Source: Candidatus Thorarchaeota archaeon (GTDB lineage: Archaea > Asgardarchaeota > Thorarchaeia > Thorarchaeales > Thorarchaeaceae). From it: a stretch of DNA of 18,794 bases. The notes under the pieces are model-generated. The model saw only the letters and a list, made by a program, of their open reading frames with translations. It did no database searches and was not told the DNA's origin. The translations under genes were made by a program, and so were the position numbers. The stretch lies in NCBI GenBank assembly GCA_048884785.1, contig JBHLQM010000036.1:1-18794 (forward strand), read 5' to 3'. How positions within the stretch are numbered: position 1 is the stretch's first letter; each line of letters begins with the position of its first letter. Shown one piece after another: positions 7,018 to 15,301 of this stretch.

Positions 7018-7767
7018 CTACCGACGCATATGTTTGAAGATGTCCAGAAGCTCTGAGATGTGTTCAATAACAATTACATCTTCTGGTGCCTTTTCGCTTT
7101 CCTCCAGACCACACCATACCAGCAAAATTGGAAGAAAATCGGCTCTTTTTGCCGCAGCTATATCATGCTTAATCCTATCCCCAATATATGCACACTTTCT
7201 TGGATTTATCCCAAGCTTAGACGCTACCTGAAGTAGCATATATGGTGATGGCTTCCTATACCCAGGCACACACGAGTATTCAACTGAATCAAATAGATGA
7301 AGAACTCCATCGGATTCAAGTCTTGGAAGAGGGTCGTTTCTCCTATTCGAGGCAACTCCTAGTTGATACCCGCTTGAGCGGAGGGTTTCCAGTACCTCTC
7401 TACATGGCTCTAGGAACCTAGGCATCATATTAGGGAGAGCTTTAAGCCATTCACTATGTGCATAGGAGGCCATTTCATTGAGATCTCCTTTCACTCCCAA
7501 TTCTTTCAAAATCAATCGGTCGTATTCTACTGAATCATCATATGATGGTAGCCAGTGCGGTTCCTGATTTGCTTCCACCAAATTTCTATCAAACAAATCA
7601 TCAATTCGATTAATAGTATCTTCAATGGTTTGATCCGAATATTCTTCAAACTCATGAAGCTCAAGTTCCTTGAGAATGAATCTCGTCATGACTGTGGTTT
7701 CTCTTGGCGTGTCATAGAGAATACCTCCCATGTCAAAAACCAGTGCACGGATATCCTCAAGACTCAT
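7018..7767 (-). CDS. HAD-superfamily hydrolase (subfamily IA-like)
   Basis: Motif I VFDMGGILYD, motif II ASN, motif III KPSP, motif IV YIGDRIKHD. Start set at ATG 7767 (track ORF begins at 7809). Confidence 0.88.
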   Translation of the reverse strand: MSLEDIRALVFDMGGILYDTPRETTVMTRFILKELELHEFEEYSDQTIEDTINRIDDLFDRNLVEANQEPHWLPSYDDSVEYDRLILKELGVKGDLNEMASYAHSEWLKALPNMMPRFLEPCREVLETLRSSGYQLGVASNRRNDPLPRLESDGVLHLFDSVEYSCVPGYRKPSPYMLLQVASKLGINPRKCAYIGDRIKHDIAAAKRADFLPILLVWCGLEESEKAPEDVIVIEHISELLDIFKHMRR

Positions 7768-7921
7768 GATGTCCCCCTTTGGGTTGAATCTTATAAGTAC
7801 ATCATTCATTCTGTTCTTTTTCCCCTTACCATGGACATGATTGCGCGCACTATTGCGCTATTCTTCTTGTATTATAGGCAGCAAGTATTATCTGAGTTGA
7901 ATCTAATTGGAGGTAGGATTC

Positions 7922-8695
7922 ATGCAGAATGAAATTAATTTTGAACTAGCGAAAAAACTGTTGGAGAATCCCGCATTTCCACGAACAACGAAATACGATC
8001 CTGAATGGATGGTTGGTTTGGATCTGGGTTGCCCAACTTTTTGGTTGCTTGAGCGATTATGTGAAGAAATGAACTTTGAATCAGATATGCGCGTTCTTGA
8101 CCTGGGTTGCGGGAAAGCCGGCGGGTCAATTTTCTTGGCAAGAGAGTTCGGAGTTCAAGTCTGGGCTGTAGACCTTGGAGTTAGTCAGAGTGAGAACTGG
8201 GAACGCATTAAAGAAAAAGGCCTGGAAAACCAAATCTTTCCGCTTAGAGCCGACGCCAGAGAAATGCCATTCCCGAAAGATTTCTTTGATGCCATTATAT
8301 GTGTGAATTCTCTCTTCTTCTTCGCTACGGATGAAATCTATCTCCGGCATCACCTAATTCCAATGGTCAAACCTGGCGGTCAAATAGGAAGTGTGGTTCC
8401 AGGGTTTTACAAGGATTTTGACGGAGAATTACCCATGAACCTACCAGAGCATTTGAAACGATATTGGGCATCTTGTATGCTATATACATGGCACTCTGCA
8501 GAATGGTGGCGGCGTCAGTGGCTTAAGACTGAAGCTGTGGAGGTTGAAGTTGCAGATAACTTCCCGGATAAAGAAGGATATCAGACGTATCTTGATTGGG
8601 AGAGAATAATAGGATATCCGCAGAAGATTGCAGAGGACGATAGGGGCAGGCATATCACATTCTCGCGTTTGGTTGCTCGCCGATTCATGACCTAA
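7922..8695 (+). CDS. Class I SAM-dependent methyltransferase
   Basis: Motif I VLDLGCGKAG, VWAVDL, ADAREMPF...FDAI, VKPGG; GGAGGT ribosome-binding site before ATG 7922. Confidence 0.9.
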   Translation: MQNEINFELAKKLLENPAFPRTTKYDPEWMVGLDLGCPTFWLLERLCEEMNFESDMRVLDLGCGKAGGSIFLAREFGVQVWAVDLGVSQSENWERIKEKGLENQIFPLRADAREMPFPKDFFDAIICVNSLFFFATDEIYLRHHLIPMVKPGGQIGSVVPGFYKDFDGELPMNLPEHLKRYWASCMLYTWHSAEWWRRQWLKTEAVEVEVADNFPDKEGYQTYLDWERIIGYPQKIAEDDRGRHITFSRLVARRFMT

Positions 8696-8835
8696 AAACG
8701 GATTGAAGCTCCGAACTATCTGAGTCTTTTTTCACTTGAGAATCAATCACTAAACTACCTTGAGTTATGTTTATCAATCAACCATAGGGAGCCGTGTGGC
8801 TTGATTACATTTTGTAATCAAAGGAGACCGAAAAA

Positions 8836-9207
8836 ATGAACTCTGAACAAGCAAAGAATCGGATTTCGACTCTTTGGATTTTTGTAATGTTCAATATGCT
8901 TGCTGCAGACATTCTAGGATTTATGCTGCCTGGAGCTATTGAGCAGATAATAGACAATCCCCTTGGCATCACGGCTGAATTTATGCTGATTGCGGCAGTG
9001 ATGATTGAGGTTCCAATTCTCATGATATTTCTTTCAACGATGCTTCAGTACAAGCTGAACCGTATTGCAAACTTCATTGCTGTTGCATTCACTATTTTCT
9101 TTATAGTAGGTTTAGGTTCAGCAAGCTTAGTCTACTATTTCTTCATGACAATAGAAGTTTTAGCCATGCTGTTAATTGCATGGTCAGCATGGAAGTGGAA
9201 AGAATAA
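8836..9207 (+). CDS. Four-TM membrane protein, DUF6326-like
   Basis: ISTLWIFVMFN..ADIL, EVPILMIFLS..L..K.NR..N and YYFF.TIEV...AWKW patterns; AAGGAG ribosome-binding site. Confidence 0.75.
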   Translation: MNSEQAKNRISTLWIFVMFNMLAADILGFMLPGAIEQIIDNPLGITAEFMLIAAVMIEVPILMIFLSTMLQYKLNRIANFIAVAFTIFFIVGLGSASLVYYFFMTIEVLAMLLIAWSAWKWKE

Positions 9208-9220
9208 TAGGAATATCTTT

Positions 9221-9255
9221 GCAGCTGCACTCGCAGCTGCGTTCAATTCTTTTTG
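9221..9255 (+). terminator. Putative terminator hairpin GCAGCTGC-ACTC-GCAGCTGC followed by a T-rich tract
   Basis: GCAGCTGC is self-complementary, so the two copies form an 8-bp stem; about 13 nt after the 9207 stop, followed by TTCTTTTT; lies between convergent genes. Confidence 0.55.
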
Positions 9256-9375
9256 ATGAACCTAATTTCTTGTTCCTAAATACATTCTTCATCCGATAGT
9301 TCTTTTCTCAGTCACATAGATGGGAAACATCTCCCCGTGATTGGCTGTACGCGGACTCTTGCCCTAATATGAATA

Positions 9376-10881
9376 TTAGAGCTCTTCGAAAGTCATTTTC
9401 CCTTTGACCAAACGTGATACAATCTTGGGCGCTTCTTTGAGTGCTATTCTTACTTGATTCATACTATCCCTATCTCTAATGGTGGCGGTGCCATCCTCCA
9501 GTGTCTGGTAGTCAATTGTAATGCAGAATGGTGTTCCAATCTCATCTTGACGTCTATATCTTCTTCCAATAGAACCTGATTGGTCGAAAAATGCAATGAT
9601 TCCAGTATCACTGATTTCATCATAGGTTTCTTGTGCAGGACCCAGAAGTTCAGGTTTGCCCATCAATGGGAATACTGCAACTTGGAGTGGAGCAACATGT
9701 GGGGCAAATTTCAACCATGTTCTCTCTTGATCCTCCACATATACATTATCAATAAGACAGAAAAGAGGTCTATCTACGCCGAATGCTATTTCCAAGACCT
9801 CAGGCACAACTACTTCATTTTCAACTTTCACCGACAGCTTCTCCTTCGAGTATTCCTGATGTCTTGTTAAATCATAGCTGCCTCTATCATGAACACCGCA
9901 ACATTCAACCCATCCAAAGCTTTGCGTGCTGATTTCGATATCCCATGCATCAGCCGCGTAGTGTGCCCTTTCCGTTGGCAAGTGCTGACGCAGCCTAATG
10001 GAATTACTGGGAAAACCCATCCCTTTGAAAATGGAATATGCCAAATGAACACACCAAGCATAGGCTGCTTTCCCGAAGTATTTCTTCTTTAGAGCCTCAC
10101 CTACACTAATATCCAGAACCTCTTCACTCTTCTTTTGCTGATTCTGATACGGAAGGAGCGGCATTTTCATGTCCGCAATTGTTTGAAAGGGCTCCCACTC
10201 ATGCTCATCCTTTTCAAGTAAGAAAATCTGTCCTTCAACCTGAGTAAATTCTCTTAATCGCAGCATTCCCTGTCTTGGGGATATCTCATTCCTGTATGCC
10301 TTGCCTATTTGGAAGACGGACATTGGTAGCTTGTCTCTAAAGAATGTCAGAAAACGTTTGAATAGAAGATAGGTCGTTGTGGCTGTTTCAGGCCTCATAT
10401 ATGCCTCCTGTTCAAGACCTAAACGAGTCTGCAACATTAAATTGTATTGAGATGCCGGGCCAAGTCTGCCTTTACACACTGGGCACACAATGCTATTCTT
10501 CTCTATTATCTCGGTAAGTTCTTCAAGCGTAGCTCCAGCTCTTTGCGCTTCTGGTGCTTGCTCTGAGATTAATGTGTCTGCCCTAAACGCTTGTTCACAC
10601 TTGCTGCATTTTACCACAGGATCAACAAAGCCATCAAGATGTCCTGACGCCTTCCAGACCATTGCTGGAGAGACGGTTGGACATTCAACTTCCCAGAATC
10701 CAGCTCGAACAAATTTGGAGCGAATAAGGTCCTCTAATCGGTTCTTCAAGAGCTTCCCAAGCGGTCCAAAATCATAGAATCCGGCGCTGCCACCATATAT
10801 CTCAGGCGACGGGCCCCAAATGAAACCTCTCTTTCTGCACAGACCCGTAATCACTTCACTGAAGTCTCTCTCTGAAGACAT
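9376..10881 (-). CDS. glyS: Glycine--tRNA ligase (class II, archaeal/eukaryote-type homodimer)
   Basis: RGFIW..PEIYGG.AGFYDFGPLG, WKASGH, MRPETA, QIGKAYRNEISPRQGMLRLREFTQ, ERAHYA, GWVE..G.HDRGSYDL, anticodon domain SGSIGRRYRRQDEIGTPFCITID; CxxC...CxxC insertion. Confidence 0.97.
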   Translation of the reverse strand: MSSERDFSEVITGLCRKRGFIWGPSPEIYGGSAGFYDFGPLGKLLKNRLEDLIRSKFVRAGFWEVECPTVSPAMVWKASGHLDGFVDPVVKCSKCEQAFRADTLISEQAPEAQRAGATLEELTEIIEKNSIVCPVCKGRLGPASQYNLMLQTRLGLEQEAYMRPETATTTYLLFKRFLTFFRDKLPMSVFQIGKAYRNEISPRQGMLRLREFTQVEGQIFLLEKDEHEWEPFQTIADMKMPLLPYQNQQKKSEEVLDISVGEALKKKYFGKAAYAWCVHLAYSIFKGMGFPSNSIRLRQHLPTERAHYAADAWDIEISTQSFGWVECCGVHDRGSYDLTRHQEYSKEKLSVKVENEVVVPEVLEIAFGVDRPLFCLIDNVYVEDQERTWLKFAPHVAPLQVAVFPLMGKPELLGPAQETYDEISDTGIIAFFDQSGSIGRRYRRQDEIGTPFCITIDYQTLEDGTATIRDRDSMNQVRIALKEAPKIVSRLVKGKMTFEEL

Positions 10882-10946
10882 AACCGATAACCGAAAGCGT
10901 GCTAGACTGTTGAAGTCTTAAATCTATGCTCTTGTGATAGTAGCTC

Positions 10947-10954
10947 AAAAAAAA
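10947..10954 (-). terminator. Archaeal oligo(T) terminator (T8) after the Roadblock gene
   Basis: A8 on the + strand, about 25 nt downstream of the 10980 stop. Confidence 0.55.
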
Positions 10955-10979
10955 GATGCAGCAGTTGTAGATTCGTTAA

Positions 10980-11366
10980 CTACTTCTCTAGAAGCTTGCC
11001 AATTTCCTTGGCGTATTTTCTCATCTGAGTGACAGCAAGTCCCATCGAAGTGAGATCTTTTGCTGAACCCATGATTAGAAACTCACCTGCGTGGGATAGA
11101 ACAACGAATCCATCCTTTCCTCTAATTACAACTTCATAAAGATCACTGAGCTCAAGTTTTTGAGCTGCCATCTCTCCCTGCACAAGCAGAGCTGCGCTAA
11201 CAGCAGCCATCAGGTCAGGATCAGCATCAGATTCCTCGGTGGCAAAATATGCAAGTTTCACTCCTTGCTTGCTGACAACGGCAATGGCATCTAAATCTGC
11301 ATAATTAGTCAATCCCATTAGGAGCTCAACGAGCTCTTTCTCTTTCTCTGGATCAATACTAGACAT
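10980..11366 (-). CDS. Roadblock/LC7 (MglB/LAMTOR-like) domain protein
   Basis: 128 aa; AIAVVSKQG...D.DLMAAVSAALL..GE.AAQKL....L.EVVIRGKDGFVVL..AG...MGL is the standard Roadblock pattern; its GGTGA ribosome-binding site overlaps the upstream TAG. Confidence 0.92.
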   Translation of the reverse strand: MSSIDPEKEKELVELLMGLTNYADLDAIAVVSKQGVKLAYFATEESDADPDLMAAVSAALLVQGEMAAQKLELSDLYEVVIRGKDGFVVLSHAGEFLIMGSAKDLTSMGLAVTQMRKYAKEIGKLLEK

Positions 11367-11377
11367 TTTTCTATCAC

Positions 11378-12289
11378 CTATTTAGCGACAAGCTTTCGTT
11401 TTTGCTGGCCTTTTTTGTCAGCTGTTTTTGCATCTCCTTCATCGATCTCTGATTTAAAGAAGCTAATCAAATCACCTAGTCTTTCTTTCATCTCAGTCTT
11501 TATTGGGCTCAGAATCGCGTCAGGAGTCCCTTTAAGAAGTTCAATACCAAGTACTCGTCCATCCTTGACGATTACTCTCGGTATGAAGCCTTCTGCCATG
11601 AAAGTGCCTTCAGGTGGGTCTCTAACCTTTTCGAACTTCCTCTCAATTTTTTCCTGACCAAATACTGACAGCTTGTGTTCTGCAACAGTGTATAGCTCAT
11701 TATACACAATCAGGAGTTCTCTCTGATACCCTTCAGGAGGTTCTTCCTGCTCAAGCTCGGCAATCATTGAGGAAACCTCAGAAGGATCAATTCTAGGACC
11801 AGCGGGAATTGCTGTTGGCGCTGGTCTTGGCGGCGATGTAGCAACCTTTGCTGTAGGCTTAGGTGTCGGTACTTCGGCCTTGGGCTTGACATCCTCTTCA
11901 ACTTTTACTGGTGGAGGTCTCTCAATAGTGACTTCTGCAGTTCGTGTTTCTTTGGGAATTGGGGGTCGCGGCGGCGGAGGTGCATCACCTGGTTTCATCA
12001 CTTTCGTAGCAGCAGTAGATCCATTCAGTGCCGAAAAGAATGTCGGAGGTTCTTCTCCTTCATCAAGTGGTCTCACTTTGAAATGAAATCCATACTCTGT
12101 CCTCAGATTCGTAGCCACTCTGGCACCAATGAATTTTCTGCGAATTCCTGCTTGGCTCCCCTTCCAGAGATAGATGCTTTTTGTTTCATCATCTACTACG
12201 CATACTACTTTCGTGGAATCAAGGTCTTCCTTTGATAGCTCCACTTCGTTTAGCGTCCCATCCTCTAAGACTTCATAGCCAGTAACCAT
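11378..12289 (-). CDS. Single-gelsolin-domain protein with Pro-rich linker and C-terminal unknown domain (Asgard 1DGelX-like)
   Basis: aa 1-89: LDSTKVVCVVD...IYLWKGS.A..RRKF.GAR.A..L...V..LDEGEEPPTFFSAL matches the gelsolin/villin core; aa ~90-167 are Pro/Thr/Lys-rich; aa ~168-260 look globular (PPEGYQRELLIV.NELY...PEGTF......PRVIVKDGRVLGIELLK). Confidence 0.85.
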   Translation of the reverse strand: MVTGYEVLEDGTLNEVELSKEDLDSTKVVCVVDDETKSIYLWKGSQAGIRRKFIGARVATNLRTEYGFHFKVRPLDEGEEPPTFFSALNGSTAATKVMKPGDAPPPPRPPIPKETRTAEVTIERPPPVKVEEDVKPKAEVPTPKPTAKVATSPPRPAPTAIPAGPRIDPSEVSSMIAELEQEEPPEGYQRELLIVYNELYTVAEHKLSVFGQEKIERKFEKVRDPPEGTFMAEGFIPRVIVKDGRVLGIELLKGTPDAILSPIKTEMKERLGDLISFFKSEIDEGDAKTADKKGQQKRKLVAK

Positions 12290-12530
12290 TACTTTTCACT
12301 ACGCCCATACTTGATTGTTGACCTGAGGCTGCTAGCTGTCAGTGATATTCGGTTATCTCTCTCAGCAGTATAATACTCTTGTTGTGTTGTATCCATCAAG
12401 ATTTGACTTATTCTAAGATTAATCTCAACCAAATGTCGCACTGTAACCTTGAGCTAAGACAGAAAGAATGTCGACCTTCAGGATGTTGTTGTTAATAGTC
12501 AACGGAGACCTGGAGCGAATCAAGTTTCTG

Positions 12531-12550
12531 TCCTCGAGAAATCTCGAAGT
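12531..12550. repeat. Fourth copy of the palindrome (TCCTCGAG-AAAT-CTCGAAGT)
   Basis: Right arm identical to CTCGAAGT, left arm 6/8, same 4-nt spacer; intergenic between thiQ and the gelsolin gene. Confidence 0.6.
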
Positions 12551-12581
12551 TATTTGACTTGCAAGAGAATGAATTGGATGA

Positions 12582-13637
12582 CTATTCTGTCCCAATGAGA
12601 TCGATTCCATACGGATTAATCGCAATGTTCACTCTGTGTCCGGGCTGGAGCTTGGCACTTTTCTCAGAGCTCGGTATTGATGTTTCAATCAGTTGCTTTT
12701 CAATCTCTAGCATTACTCTATAATGACCAACCTGAGGAGTTATGCCAATTATTGTTGCAGGTAAAGATTTCGTAGAATTATTCTCTATTCTTACGTCCTC
12801 AGGCTTCACAGAAAGCGTTACTTTGCTACCAACCTTTGCTGCCCCCTCTATTTGAATTGTCAAATTGCCAATTTTGACATCGAGCATACCAGCGGCTACG
12901 TTTTCAACAATCCCCCGTAGAATACTGCCACCTCCAATGAAAGTTGCAACGAACTCATTTGCAGGATTCCTGTACAGTTCCTCTGGCGTACCTGTTTGGA
13001 TGATTCTGCCATCATTCAAAATCGCGATTCTGTCTGATATCGCGAAAGCCTCTGACTGACTATGGGTAACATAAACAGTTGAAACACCAAGCTCTTGTTG
13101 TATCGACTTTATTTCCTCTTGAAGCCTCTGACGAAGCTTTGGGTCTAACGCACTAAGTGGTTCATCCAAGAGCAACAGCTCAGGCTCCAACGCTAATGCT
13201 CGGGCCAATGCAATTCTCTGTCCCTCTCCTCCACTAATCTCATTGATTTTTCGATGAAGCAGTTTTCTGACTCCCACAAGTTCTGCAAGTTCTTCCACTC
13301 GCCGAACCGCAGCTCTATGCTCCCAGCCAGCAACATCGAGAGCGAAGGCAATGTTTTGATATACAGTCATATTTGGAAAGAGCGCCACCGATTGAACTAC
13401 CATTCCTATTTTTCTCTCTCGAGGTGGCATCGTTGTAACATTTCTTTCATCAAATAGGAGGACACCGCCGTCCGGGTTTAGGAATCCCGCAATCATCCTG
13501 AGTGTAGTTGTCTTTCCTGACCCAGAGGGACCTAATAGAGCCATCATCTCTCCATCTTCAATTGTCAAGCTAATCGGTCCTATGCTAGTCCCATCTGGAA
13601 ATCTTTTCCGAAGGTCCTTAATCTCGATTCGAACCAT
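12582..13637 (-). CDS. thiQ: ABC transporter ATP-binding subunit (thiamine transporter by context; C-terminal TOBE-like domain)
   Basis: Walker A GPSGSGKTT, signature ISGGEGQR, Walker B LLLLDEP, H-loop YVTH; TAATG overlap with the permease gene. Confidence 0.85.
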   Translation of the reverse strand: MVRIEIKDLRKRFPDGTSIGPISLTIEDGEMMALLGPSGSGKTTTLRMIAGFLNPDGGVLLFDERNVTTMPPRERKIGMVVQSVALFPNMTVYQNIAFALDVAGWEHRAAVRRVEELAELVGVRKLLHRKINEISGGEGQRIALARALALEPELLLLDEPLSALDPKLRQRLQEEIKSIQQELGVSTVYVTHSQSEAFAISDRIAILNDGRIIQTGTPEELYRNPANEFVATFIGGGSILRGIVENVAAGMLDVKIGNLTIQIEGAAKVGSKVTLSVKPEDVRIENNSTKSLPATIIGITPQVGHYRVMLEIEKQLIETSIPSSEKSAKLQPGHRVNIAINPYGIDLIGTE

Positions 13638-15301
13638 TACAGTGTCCCTCCATATCCATTTTGAGAGAACTTCTCGATCAATATGAACGCTGCAACACAG
13701 AAACCAACTAACACCAATGAAGCCGCTCCAGCATCAACAAACTTCCTTACTGCTAAGTCACGATAGATGAGTATTGAGAGCGTGAAATTCTCGGGCCGGG
13801 CTAGAAATATAGTTGCTGACATCTCACCTATTGCCATGGCGAATGAAAAAACTGCGGCAACAATTATGCCCTGCGCTAATAATGGTAGTTCAACAAAGAA
13901 AAGCCTCTGGAGGGTATTTGCTCCCAAGGATTCCGCTTGCTCCAATAGTGCCTGATCTATCTTGGACATGGCTATTTCTAAAGCTCTCGCACTGAATGGA
14001 ATCCCTATAATGGTCTGAGCGATTACTATGAGTATCCAAGGATTGATAGTAAGACCCAGAGGCACTGCCAATGCTATCATCAATCCATACGCGATAGTGA
14101 TTGCAGAGACTCCCAATGGCAGTAGCGTAATCATCGACGATAGATTCGCAAGTCCCCTGATTTTTTCTCTCTGTGTATATGCCAAAATTGTTCCCAGTAT
14201 TACTGAAAATACTGTAGCCAGTGACGCATAAAATAATGAGTTAATGAGGGGCACCAAGCCACCATTAATCCCTGGAGTCCCAAGATTCACAAATCCGTTT
14301 AAAGTGAGTTGTCTTGTGTTTGGGTCATATATTGCTGCTCGAATAATCGATATCATAGGTCCAAAGCTTAGTAGCAGGAGAATGAAGGAATAAAACACAA
14401 TGAGAACTCTTGCTGTTTTTGAGAGCTCCCCGAGTGTGTATGTACGTGCATACCCCGTCTGACCAGATGTTTCATGTCTTCCGGTTCCAAGGCGAACATA
14501 TGAATATGCAAGAGTAATAGTAATGAGTATCTGCAAAAGAGCCAATGAGCTTGATTCTCCATAATCAAAGAAACGGAATGCATTCCAAATTTGAACTTCA
14601 ATGGTTAGGTAGGCACCCTCACCCAACGCTAGAACTATTGGAAATGACATAAAACAGAAAAGAAACGTCAAAATAGAAGCTGCAAATACAGAAGCACGAA
14701 TGTGAGGAATGATTATTCGCTTCAACTTCTGAACTGTATTTGCCCCAAGAACTTCTGCCATTTCTTCATACTCAGGATTTAGTTTCTCGAGTGCTGCTGA
14801 CACAATCAGAATGAATAGGGGGATGTTGTAGAATGCGTGTGCCAAGATTATTCCAGTGAATCCACTGGCCAAATCAAGAACCGATTCTTGGCTATTTAGT
14901 ATGAATCTGGCCATTGTGTCAAGGATACCTCCACTTCCAAACATTTGGAGGAATCCAACTACAACAACAATTGGTGGTAGTACAAAGGGCACGATAAGCA
15001 GTGCGCGAAGGAGTGATTTTCCGGTAAAGCTTAGTTTCGCCAAAAGAAATGCCCCTGGCAATCCCAAAATAAGAGCTAATAGCGTGCTCAATACTGCTTG
15101 AATGAGGGTGAATGATAGTATTCGATGTGTTACTACGGACGTTATCACTTCTTCAAACTTCGAGCCAGGTCCTACAGTTAGTCCTTGCACAAGAACGATA
15201 CCTACTGGGATGATAAGGAAAAAGACAAGCAATAGAAAGGGAATCGAGAGAACTGCGTACTGCAAGAACCTTCTCTTTTCCACACAGCATTCCTCTTTCA
15301 T
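13637..15301 (-). CDS. thiP: ABC transporter permease with two fused TM domains (ThiP/FbpB type)
   Basis: FTLIQAVLSTLL...GLPGA, PFVLPPIVV, ILAHAFYNIP, two EAA loops (EEMAEVLGA, LEQAESLGA); ATGA overlap with thiB. Confidence 0.88.
   Translation of the reverse strand: MKEECCVEKRRFLQYAVLSIPFLLLVFFLIIPVGIVLVQGLTVGPGSKFEEVITSVVTHRILSFTLIQAVLSTLLALILGLPGAFLLAKLSFTGKSLLRALLIVPFVLPPIVVVVGFLQMFGSGGILDTMARFILNSQESVLDLASGFTGIILAHAFYNIPLFILIVSAALEKLNPEYEEMAEVLGANTVQKLKRIIIPHIRASVFAASILTFLFCFMSFPIVLALGEGAYLTIEVQIWNAFRFFDYGESSSLALLQILITITLAYSYVRLGTGRHETSGQTGYARTYTLGELSKTARVLIVFYSFILLLLSFGPMISIIRAAIYDPNTRQLTLNGFVNLGTPGINGGLVPLINSLFYASLATVFSVILGTILAYTQREKIRGLANLSSMITLLPLGVSAITIAYGLMIALAVPLGLTINPWILIVIAQTIIGIPFSARALEIAMSKIDQALLEQAESLGANTLQRLFFVELPLLAQGIIVAAVFSFAMAIGEMSATIFLARPENFTLSILIYRDLAVRKFVDAGAASLVLVGFCVAAFILIEKFSQNGYGGTL

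Noticed and set aside
10980-11366. Profilin (tempting given the adjacent gelsolin and polyproline tract)
   Set aside because: The sequence pattern fits Roadblock/LC7 (MglB-like) much better than profilin, although the folds are related.
10886-12357. 10-bp inverted repeat GATAACCGAA (10886-10895) / TTCGGTTATC (12348-12357) bracketing the gelsolin-Roadblock unit, as possible element ends
   Set aside because: 10-mer matches are expected by chance in 19 kb; it does not extend, and there is no target-site duplication or recombinase.
12425-12625. 66-aa minus-strand ORF after thiQ
   Set aside because: It overlaps the thiQ 3' end, runs through the palindrome and has no recognisable features; probably spurious, though not excluded.
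12582-15301. Fe3+ or polyamine ABC transporter
   Set aside because: The ATPase and permease alone are ambiguous, but the binding protein has ThiB-specific motifs and a ThiR-type regulator is adjacent.
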